Below are positions 24,001 to 36,000 of a stretch of 64,000 nucleotides of DNA, piece after piece; within the stretch, counting starts at the first letter, position 1; each line of letters begins with the position of its first letter. Where the stretch lies: positions 92,132,001 through 92,196,000 of the forward strand of contig JAGIQG010000009.1 of NCBI GenBank assembly GCA_024679065.1, given 5' to 3'. The DNA is from Sphyrna mokarran. Taxonomy: Eukaryota. The position numbers and the translations under genes are program-made. The notes below the pieces were generated by a model that made no database searches, was not told the origin of the DNA, and saw only the letters and a program-made list of their open reading frames with translations.

Positions 24001-27000
24001 CAGGATGACTTTCAGATTGGAGGAGGAAAGTGAAGCACCAGCAGGAAACCCACACAGACATGGGCAGACTCTATATACCAAGCTGGAATTTGAACCCACC
24101 CCCTGGCACTGTGGGCAGCATTGCTAACATAGTACCACTGTGCACTTCTGCACTCCCATTGGAGTGAATCCTTTATCTTACAATGTTTCTCCGTAGTTTT
24201 CCTCTGAAGATGGATCACTTCACACTTATCCCCATTTGTGCTCATCTTTATTTGAATCCTATTCTAGGTAAACTGGACCTGGGGACGGTGTTGTCTTGCG
24301 TAAGACTTTGTGTACCTATTACAGCTTTAGTAACCATCGAAAGACAATGCACATTGAGTGGAAGAGAAATTCTCACATTTGGTGTGAATAAATGCAATAA
24401 ATATTTAAGCATCCATCGACTGAATTGCCGTTTCAGGTATCCATTATATACAAGGACTGTTTGGCTGTGAGGTGAATGGTAGCAAAGCGAGTGGCGGGAT
24501 TTTGAAGCTTGCTTTCGATGGGAGATATGCTTTCAGCTTTGATATAAACACCTTGGTTTGGACTGTGCACGATCCAGTTGCTAAGGAATTAAAAGTGAAG
24601 TGGGATAAAGAGGAAACCATGAACCGTTACTTCAAGAGCCTAATAATAAATGATTGTGTGGCGTTGTGGCAGTTATACTATGCTGTGGGAAACACATTTC
24701 TCAGCAGAAAAGGTAAGTTGAGAACAGCACCATGGTCAGTTACAAGCTGGCTTTTGGAATACAATAGTTGAGGCAATGATTACAAAAACTCATTTGTAAT
24801 GAATGAAGTCATGTTTGAGCTATATAGAACTTTGGTGAGGATGCCACAAGAGTACTGTGTTAGTTCTGGACAGTACATTACAGGAAGGATGTGCTTGCAC
24901 TGGAGGGCATGCAGACGAGATTCACAAGGATGCTGCCTGGGATGGAACATTTAGGTTGTGAAGAGAGGCTGGATAGGCTTGGGTTGTTTTGGGTTATTGG
25001 AGCAGAGAAACTGAGCTGTGACCTGATTGAGGTGTACAAGATTATGAGTGGCTAAGGAGCAGCTATTCTCCTTAGCTGAACAGTAATTCATGAGAGGACA
25101 CAACTTCAAGATGAGGGATAGAAGATTTAATGGGAAGGTGAGGCCAGGGGGTTGTGAGAGTCTGGAATGTACTGCCTGGGAGATTGGGAAAGGTGAGTTT
25201 CTGTACATCCTTTAGAAAATATCTGGATGAGCACATGACATGGTGCAACATTCAAGGCTATGGACCAAGTTATGGTAAATGGGACTAGATGGGAGGTCAG
25301 GTGCTTCACATGAATCAATGCACATTTGATGGGCTGATGTGGCCTCTTCTGCACCCTGTGATTCTATGATTCAATTTCATTGGATCCGTTGGAGACATTC
25401 TCTGTGTTCTTTTAACAGATGGCTGATTCGATGTTGCCTATTTCACATTGGAAGCAAAAAGCTAAGCTTCCCGCTTGATTTCCTAGTGCAATGTTCGGTT
25501 TGCACGTTACTTGAAATTAATTCTCAGTCTCTCATCCAGTTATTCCGCAGGTTTCAGTCACTGCCAGGGAAGGGCCTGGTTGGTTCCTACAATGCGCTGT
25601 GCGTGGATTTCACCCGCAGTCCATTAATGTGACTTGGCTGAAGAATGGATCACAAGTCCCTGAGACCAAATCTACCGGCTTGCTGCCCAATGAAGATGGA
25701 ACCTACCAACTGACTACAACTCTCCAGTTTGACCCGTACGATGGGAAGCAGTATGGCTGTCACATTGAACACATCAGCTTGCCGGATGGGAAGACTGTTC
25801 TTTGGGGTGAGGACATATTTCCTGACATTGTAGTCCAGCATGTGCGGACCCAACCGTTTTCTTTTCGATAAATCACATTATTTCTTTGTCATACAAGCTT
25901 TATCATCAAATAGACAAATCAGGGAGCTGTCCAGTCCCCCAAAATTTTATTGCTTAACGATTTGATGGGGGGGTGGTGGAAGAAACATCGAGTTAGGTAT
26001 GTTCGAGAGCTGAGTTCCTTCTTGGGCAAGATAGTTCTGCAGATTTCATAGGCAGCATAGACTTCACCCTTCATAGTGAGGCCCATGGTTAGCCTGTGGA
26101 ACACTGCACACACCACATGTATTGGTATCCTACTGTCTGCCTCGGACATCTTTTGGTTCTTGGGAACATTATTCTCCACTGTCTGCAATTGGCTGTGAAA
26201 GTAGCTGAAAGGCCCTGCACTCCAAGCCACAATGCTTTGAATCATACTATAGCATTGACCGTCTCATAAGATCATAAGATACAGGAACAGAATTAGGCTG
26301 TTCGGCACATCCCATCTGCTCTGCCTTTCAATCCATGGCTAATAGAGTATTCAATCCCATTCTCTTGCCTTTTGCCTGTAACTTTCATCCTCTCACCATT
26401 TATCTCCATCCCAAATACACTCATTGACAAGTTGCTCATTTTGCTGCATTTTACACACTTCCAGCTTTGTTTCCACCTGTCTGCTTATCAGCTAACTTCA
26501 AAACTGCTGAGAGCTGTCAAGACTTCAAAGTTTCTGCCCAAATTTGTGAACATTTGTTAATACAGATTCATAGAATAGAATCATAGAATTCTATATTGCA
26601 GGAAGTGGCTATTTGATCCAATGAGCCTGCACTGGAAACAATCCCACCCAATCCTTATCCCTGTAACCCCAATATTTACCACGTTAAACCCACTGGCAGT
26701 AAGGGGCAACCCTGGCACTGTGAAGCAGCAGTACCAACCATTGTGTCACTGTGCCGCCGATTGGCAGTGAGCAGGTCACACCTAATGTTATATCATAGCA
26801 CATGGGGATGTTTAGCATGATGTTGAGTGTAAGTTCAGTATTGAACAAAAACAAAGACTGAGCACCCTCCTACATATATTCTTCCCTCTCTTTGTCTTCC
26901 ATGATGTTACTGGGTAACTCATAGTGTGTATGGGGTGTCAGGAAGTGCTATTACCTTTGGTGGGGGAACATGTTGCGTCCTTTCATGGATATTTGTCCAT

Positions 27001-30000
27001 CCTGTGTCCCCACTTGGTGCTCAGCTCTTCCTAGGGCTCGCCATTGCTGTTTGCATGCAACAATGGCCACACCCCTGGCAACAATCTTTATCAAGCCTTC
27101 TGAACCAGGTGAAGGTAGCCAACGGGTCTCAACCCTCAGTGAGATAGGGAGATAGCTATCTCAGCATGTGAAGACAGAGTCCAGCAGATTGAGTGGAAGA
27201 GATCAATGGAAGGTCAAACGGTCAAGAAGGTGGTCTCTGCAAGTGTTGTGGAATATGAAGAGCAGGACAAGACACAAAGGACATCTTGGTCATCCACTGC
27301 ACCTAGTCCCACCTCCAACAGTCTTGACTCTTATCTTGCCACTGGATCTAGATGGAAATTGGCAAGAGAGAGTGAGGGTGGCACTGTGTAATTCTCCCTC
27401 AGTTTAATCCAAATCAAGTGCTAGTTTCAACACCATCATCATCATCATCAATGTCCTGTTCAACCCTCGAAGCACTGTGGCAATGGGTGAACAATGAAGC
27501 AGCAGGTGTGGATACACTGGGAGCTGTAGTCATGGACCTGCACACAGGCGGCTCAGGTCTAATGGTCGTTTTCCGCTGATCTATCTGGACGACTGAGCAG
27601 CCCTCTTCAGGAACACAATCCTCACCTCTGTAGAATGAGGAAGCAGCTAGAAAAGGTGCCCTAAAAATTGCCTTCTTCACTACACCCTGGCCAGTTTACC
27701 GCAGCTGGCAGTGATCCCATCTTGTAGTCAAAATAAAACAGAAGATGACACCGGTCAGTATTGGCACTTGGAAAGTGTGCACGCTTTTGGGCAACCCTAC
27801 AGCAGGCAGACCAGAGAGAAGAACAGCCTTAGTTGCCAGAGAGCCTGCAAGATACAACATCGACACTGCAGTCCTGAGCGAAACTCGTCTTGTCAACATA
27901 GGTCAGTTGACAAGACTGGAGCGATTGTAGCAACGATGAGCATCGTGACGCTGGAGTTGGATCCGCCACCAGGAGTCACCTGGTTGATAGTCTAGCCAAG
28001 GCTCATGACATTACAGCTTCCACTGCAGAACAGAAGTCAAGCCACTTTGATCAGCGTCTATGCCCCCACAATGAACAACCCAAACGAGATGAAAGACAAG
28101 CTCTACAAAGAACTAGATGCCCTACTATCAGCAGTAAGCAGTACCGACAAGCTGATCTTGCTTGGCGATTTCAATGCAAGAGTATGGTGTGACTCTGCAA
28201 TCTGGCAGGGAATCATTGGGAGACATGGAGTGAGCAAGTGTAATAGTAACAGTCTACTCTTAATGAAGACCTGTGCAGCACATGACTTCCTCACGACCGA
28301 CACAATCTTCCGTCTGCCTACCCATAACAAGACCTCCTGGATACACCTCCACTCTAAGCATTGGCATCTTATCGACTGTGTCATTGTCAGGAGAAAAGAC
28401 AGGCGGGATGTCAGAGTAACCAAGGCCATGTGTGGTGCTGATTGCTGCATAGATCGCAGGCTCATTGCTCCAAAATGAGACTCTGCATCAGACCCAAGAA
28501 GCAATCGCAAGGGTGCAAGATTATGTCAAGAATCAATGCGGCCAAGCTAAAGAACCCCAGTATAGCTTCAGCACTGGCTGAAGACTTAGAAATCAAGCTT
28601 GCTGACCTATACTTTACAGGCAGCACTGAAGACGACTGGGAATGCTTCATGGATGCTATCCATACATCTGTGCTGAAGATGCTCGGGCCCTCCATCCACA
28701 AGCAGCATGACTGGTTTGATGAGAATGATGAGAATATACAGACTCTACTTGTTGAAAAGCACCGTCTTCATCAGGCTTGTCAGAACAACCCATCTTCAGC
28801 TGCCAAGAAAAATGCTTTTACCAGTGCTCACAGGACAGTCCAGAGTAAACTGCATAAAATGCAGGATGTCTGGCTGAGCACCAAGGCAGATGAAAGACAG
28901 GGATACACTGACAGAAATGACTTCAATGACTTCAAATAGTTCTATGAAGCCCTGAACACTCTCTATGGACCTCAATCTCTTGGGAGTTCCTCCCTTCTGA
29001 GTAGAGATGGTACAATTCTCATTACAGAGAAGGCTGAGATCCTGCAGAATTGGGCTGAACATTTTGAAGCTGTCTTCAACCAAACGTCATCTATTAATGA
29101 TGAGGCAACAGACAGTATTCCCCAGGTTGATATCAACAGTGTCATTGATGACCCACCAGTAGTAGCCGAAGTCATGAAAGCTGTCAGCCAGCTATCCAGT
29201 GGCAAAGCCCCAAGGGCAGATGCCATACCCGCAGAAATCTATAAAGCTGCTGATCCTGCACTTATTGAGAAGCTCACCGAGTTGTTCCAGTCCTTTTGGA
29301 ATCAAGGATCCATTCCTCAGGAACTTAATGATGCTTCCATCATATAACTCTACAAAAGGAAGGGCAATCAGCAAGTATGTGAGACCCACCGAGGAATCTC
29401 ACTACTCTCTATCAGAGGAAAAACCCTCACAAGAGTCCTGTTAAATCATCCAGTCACTCACCTGGAGCTGGGCCTTCTGCCAGAGTCACAGTGTGGCTTC
29501 TGCAAAGGTCGTGGGACCGCTGACATGATTTTTGCTGTGCGCCAATGTCAGGAGAAGTATCATAGAACATAGAACATCTCAGCGCAGAACAGGCCCTTTG
29601 GCCTTCGATGTTGCGCCGACCAATTATGAAAAAAGTAATGACCCCCCAAACTAAACTATTCCCTTCTCTTCCATAAACTTATCAACTAACCTCTTAAACG
29701 CCACCAAACTTGGCGCATCTACAACTGCCGCAGGCGGTATCAGGAGCAGAATCACGAACTCTACACAACCTTTGTTGATCTCATGAAAGCCTTTGACACT
29801 GTCAGCCGACAAAGCCTATGGCGGATCATATCAAAGTTTGGCTGCCCCCCCCGCCCCCCAAATTCATTCAAATGAATGAATTTTATGATGGCATGCCAGT
29901 TCCATAATGGCACGATGGCCAGAGTACTGGATGGCAGAGAATCCTCTGAGGCATTCCCAGTCACCGATGACATCAAACAGAGTTGTGTGCTCGCACCCAC

Positions 30001-33000
30001 ATTGTTCAGCATGATGATTACTGCTATGTTGAATGATGCCTTCCAGGACGTGTTGCTGGAATCAGTCTCAAGTACAGAGTGGATGGGAAGCCCATCACGT
30101 CCATGCTGGTCAACAAAGAACTCACTGCACTACACCCATTTTCCAGCACTTGGCCCAACGCCATTATGGTAGCAAAAGTGAATTTCGAATAACTTGTTAA
30201 ATGTTAGTAGAGTTTCTGACCTAACTGCCCTTTAAGGCAATGAGTTCCTGATTGCCAGCTTTCTCTGTATTTCTCCTCAACTCCCCTCTTCTATTTCTTA
30301 CCTTAAATCCATTCTACTTCTTACCTTACCTCTTTGTTATTGACCCTTCTCCTAATGGAAAAGATACCTCCCTACCTGCCATATCTATGTCCATCATAAT
30401 GTTATATCTCTTTCTGGTTCACTCTGAATCTTCACTGTACTAAGGAAAACAGCACCAGCCTATTCAATCTTTCCTCACAGATCAGACCCTTCAGGCCAGA
30501 CAGCACCCTGGTGAATCTTCTCTGTACCCTCTCCAGTGCAATCACATCCTTCCTATAATGTATCACTTACTCATTCCTATTTTCTCTCTCTGACTTGCTT
30601 ACTCTTTTGCCAGTCGTTTCTTTTCCCTCCTTCCTCTCCTCACAAATCCCAGTTTTTATTCATTGCTCTCAAATTTGGGTCAACAGATGCAGTGGACAAA
30701 AATACTCAATCTCTTGAAGTATTGCACAACAAACCTCATATTACTTTACCATGTTACCACAGAAGTATCAAACTGTAATACAAAACTTTAGCATGCCGGG
30801 CACCTAACTTCATTAGATGCAAATTATTCGACCTCTGCCTTTACTTCATTATGTACAAAAATATCTAGACTCTGACTTACTTGTTAATTTTAAAATAACT
30901 AACTTCTGACCAACTTCATTCTTTACAAAGTATTCAAAGGGTATGAAAACTTAACAAAATATCCAAACTCATGACTTGGACTTAGAAATCCTACGTGAAG
31001 TGAGGCCAACGGATTGGATTCCCCTACTGATGGGCTTTGTTCTGATGTCCCTGAGTCCCAAACTTGGTGTCTTGCTGCTTGTTCAGCAGCGGTTGATCCC
31101 AGGTTGCTGTTGCCAATGTCTCTGAATTTCTTCTTCTCATATAGATGTTGCTGCCACAGACCATTCTTCCAGTAACATATTCACACTAATCAATCACTGT
31201 GTTGTTGGTCATAAGTGCTCAAGTGTTATGCCTCTATCACAGATTATGATTCTCTCAGGAATACAACACACAGGGGCCTATGTTCAATCACTGCCTGTTC
31301 CACACACAACAGCCACAGTCCAATCAATTCCTGTATTTATTCCATAGATGTACACCCTACTCTGCTACTTTCACAGTATTTAGCCTCATATAAAGTTAGC
31401 TCTTTTAACCAGTAGGTTTCACTGATGTTTTCAGTTTGCCTTTATGAATACCCATCAGGCTATATACTCTTCCTCCATGTCCTACCTTTTAAGTACAATA
31501 ATATATGATGAACAAAGTGGATACTATTGACATTAAACCCTCTAACATCATATAACATGAACAGTGTTAGAGGTGTAATATAGGATTGTCTATTTGCATA
31601 GAAAATCATATTTAATAAATTCTTCTTTCAATATATTTCAGAAAGAAAGATGAGGGAAGACAAACACATAGGATTGATTATCGCAGCAGTGGTGGTGATG
31701 CTGGCAGTAATACTGGTAGTCATTGTTCTTGTATATAAAAAATGGAAAAAGCAAAGAGGTAAGGCATGGACAATAATAACAAACAAATTTTGCAAATCAT
31801 CTTTTCTCAGCCAGAAGTGTAATTAAATTTTGAGCTAAAATATCAGTTATGGCGGGGTCAATTATCCCATGGCTTAAATTGCCTAAAAACTGCATTTTCT
31901 TTGAGGAATTAATTCCCAATGGAGGAAGTAATGATAAGCTTACATCTAATCTCAATACTGCCTCTGTTAGAGCACTGTGTGCACTGTTCAGCTTCCCATT
32001 GTAAGGTCTCATTCAGCATTAGGAAAGGTACAGGCCAGATTCATCAAGATGCTGCCTACCTAAGGTGTGCACTGTCTTGAGTAGTGGGTGTCCCAATAAT
32101 GAAGGCTATCCAGACTCTTTAAGCTATTAAGACAAGAATGATACAACTTGAGAGAACAATTCTGCCAATATTTACAGGAATAGTTCCAGCCATGAGAAAT
32201 TTCAGGTAGGAGGATAGTTTGGAGAGGATGGAAATGTTTTCCTTGGAGATGAGAAGGCAAAAAGCAAATATTCAAAACTATCAAATAATAGAATCACAGA
32301 AAGGATGTAGCACATAAGGGGGTCTTTCAATCCATCTGGTCTACAGTGACCCAAAAGACAGGTGTCCTTTCTAATCCCATCTTCATGCAGGAGGAGCGTG
32401 TTTAGAATAGAAAGGGCAAAACTGATTCCATTCCTATCAGGATCAAAACTTAATATAATTTAGAGTGATAGTGATAGAGTCATAGAGGTTTGCAGCACTG
32501 AAACAGGTCCCTCAGTCCAACTTGCCCATGCTGCCCTTTTTATTAACTCCTAAGCTAGTTCCAACTGCTCATGTTTGCCCATATCCCTCTGTACCCATCT
32601 TACCCATGTGACTGTCTGAACGCTTTTTAAAAGACAAAGTTTTACCCACTTCTACTAGTATCTCTGGCGGCTTGTTCCAGACACTTACCATTCTCTGTGA
32701 AAAAATTGCTGCTCTGGACCCTTTCATCTCACCTTAAAACTATGACCTCTCACCTTAAATCTATGACCTCTAGTTTTAGACTCCCTCCTTTTGGAAAAAG
32801 ATATTGACTATTTACTTGAAATATACCCCTCATTATTTGATAGATCTCTGTAAGATCACTCCTAAGCCTCCTATGCTCCAGAGAAAAAATGATCCAGTCA
32901 ATCCAACCTCTCCTTATAATTCAAACTATCAAGTCCCAGTAGCAACCTAGTAAATCTTTCCTGCACTCTTTCTAGTTAAATAATATCCTTTCCATAATAG

Positions 33001-36000
33001 GGTGACCAGAACTATATACAGTATTCCAAGTATGGCCTTACCAATATCTTGTACAATTTCAACAAGACATCCCAACTCGTGTATTTAATGTTCTGACCAG
33101 TGAAACCAAGCATGCTGAATGCCTTTTTTACCACTCTGTCCATCTGTGACTCCACTTTCAAGGAGCTGTGAACCTGTACCCTTAGACCTCTTTGTTCTGT
33201 TACCCTCTCCAATGCCCTACTATTAACAGAATAAGTCCTACCCTGCTTTCAATGTACCAAAATCCATCATCTTGCATTTATCTAAATTAAATTCCATCTG
33301 CATTTGTCAGCCCCTGGCCTGATTGATCAAGATCCCATTGCAATCCCAGATAACATCCTTCACTGTTCACTATGCCACCAATCTTAGTGTCATCTGCAAA
33401 CTTACTAGCCACTTGTACTAAATTGTCATCCAAATCATTAATATAAATGACAAATAACAGTGAACCCAACACTAAGGCTGTAGGCCTTCAGTTTGAAAAA
33501 CAACCCCCTACAATCACTCTCTATCTTCTATCATCAAGTCAATTTTGTATCTATTTAGCTACCTCACTCTGGACCCTGTGATATTTAACTTTATGCAACA
33601 ACCCACCAGTTGGTACTTATAAAAGGCCTTGCTAAAGTCCATGTAGACAACATCAAATGCACTGCCCTCTTGGTTACCCCTTCAAAAAACTCAATCAAAT
33701 TTGTGAGAAATGATTTTCCACTCACAAAACCATGCTGACTGTTCCTAATCAGTCTCTGCATCTCTAAATACCTGTAGATTCTATCTTTCAAAATACCTTT
33801 TGACAACTTACTCACAACAGATGTGAGGCTCACCGGCCTGTAATACTCAAGCTTTTCCCTCAAACAAAGGCACAGTATTTTCCATCTTCCAATCTTCAGG
33901 CACCTCACCTGTGACTATTGATGATTCAATTATCTCTGCTGGGGGAGGTACAATTTCGTCCCTAGCCTCTCACTGTATCCTGGGATACATTCGTCGGGCA
34001 TTGGGGATTTATTGATCTTGATATGTTTTAAGACTTCCAGTACCTCCTTCTCTGTCATATGTATACGCCTCAAGACATCACTATTTATTTCCCGAAGTTC
34101 TCTAAGATCCATGCTTTTCTCAACACTGAATACTGGTGAGAAATATTCATTTAGGATCTCACCCATCTCTTGTGGGTTTGCAGAAGAAGCAAGTATAACA
34201 TCAGAAAAGAAACTTTATCACACAGAAAGGTTGGGGTCTGGAATACACTGCCTGGAAATGCAGTGGAGCCAGGTTCATTTGTAACATTCAAGATGGCATT
34301 AGATGATTACCTGAGGTCCAAAGATCAGGAGAATGGAACTAAGTCATGATGCTCATTTGGAGAGCCTTTGCAGACACGATGGACTGAATGATCTCCTTCT
34401 ACACCGTAAAAGTTCAGTGATTTAGGGTTAGATTGGTCAAGATGATGAGGGAAAAGGGAGTGAAGGGAATTTTGGATCAGGGCAGGTCAATTAGGAATAT
34501 TTGTTCACCTGATGAAGACATGGCTGTGCAATCTGAATGGGCTGAAGAACTTGTATCCTATGTTTTAAGCGGGTGTTTTGAAATCTTTGTGGCTTGTTTA
34601 TAGTGACTCTGGATTAGAATTTTCTTTCAATGGATTTTGGATGTGGAGTATGTCATGGTGAATAACACAACATACTCACTGAGGGATCTGTTGTTCTAGT
34701 TTATCAGCCGACCCAGACAGAAGCAGGAAAATCTGTAAAAGAGGCTGTTGGGGAGTGGCATGGGGGAATTTCAGTATTTAATGATAGTGTAAGATGAATG
34801 ATATTTTTTCACTGGCTGTCTTTAGTACATCTCAGCCAGCTACCTTTTTGTGACTATTAGGGCAGGTATGTACAGGGGAACCAACAGAGGGGGCGAGATG
34901 AGCTGGGGTGGGGGTGTTGGGGGAGCATGTAAAGAGCAAAGAACAAAGTGCAGTACAGCACAGGAAAAGGACCTTTGGGCCTCCAAGCCTGCACCAATTA
35001 TATCCCATCTAGACCAACCGCTTATATTTCTCTATTCCTGTCTGTTTATGTGTGTATCCAGATAAATTTTAAATATCACTAACATATCTGCCTCAATCAC
35101 CTCAATTGCTAATGCATTTCAGGTCCCCACCACTCTCTATGTAAAAAAATGTCCCCTCACACATCTCCACTGAACCTTTCCCCCCTTATCTTTAACTTGT
35201 ACTCCTTTGTAATTGTTATTTCTGCCCTGGGAAAAAGCTTCCAACTGTTCATCCGATCCATTCTCCTCATAATTTTGTAAAATTCTATCAGGCCGCCCCT
35301 CAGCCTCCGTCTTTCCAGGGAGAACAATCCCAGTTCATTCAATCTCTCCTCGTTATGAATACACTTCGTACCAGGCGCCATTCTGGTAAAACATTTTCTG
35401 TATTCTCTCCAAAGCCTCCATGTCCTTCTGTAATGTGATGACCAGAATTGGACACAATATTCCAAAAGTGGCCTAACAATGTTTTATATAACTGTAACAT
35501 AATTCGCTAACTTTTGTATTCAATGCTCTGTCCAATGAAGACAAGCGTGCCACATGCTTTCTTCACCACCTTTTCCACCCATGCTGCCACTTTTAAGGAT
35601 TTGTGGACATGTATTCCCAGATCCCTCTGTGAGGCTGGGGCAAAGCACAAATTGTGGTGCGTGTGCGTGTGTGCGGTGGGCAGAGGGATGGGGGAGGTGT
35701 GGGAAGGCTGGAGAGAAAGATATTATGTTAGAGGGTGTCTTTGATACACACAAGGCACTTCTGAATGATGTGCTTCCCTTCCTTAGCGACCTATCAATAA
35801 TTATTTGAACTAACAACTTCCTTAATTTCACTAGCCTATCTAGGCAATAGGCTGTGTTGCCTTTTGATTTGTTAACAAGATAATTGCTGGTGGACTTATT
35901 TTCAAATATCGGTGGCTGGACTGTTGATTTTGGCATCTGCCTGCCTTTGCAGAAACATTGGCACATACTTACTTGATGGTGGTGTGGCCTAATGGATAAG

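Noticed and set aside
25545-25551. Alternative alpha3 acceptor ccgcag|gtttca
   Set aside because: It would be phase 0 and frameshift relative to the phase-1 alpha2 donor. The acceptor ending at 25539 keeps the frame.
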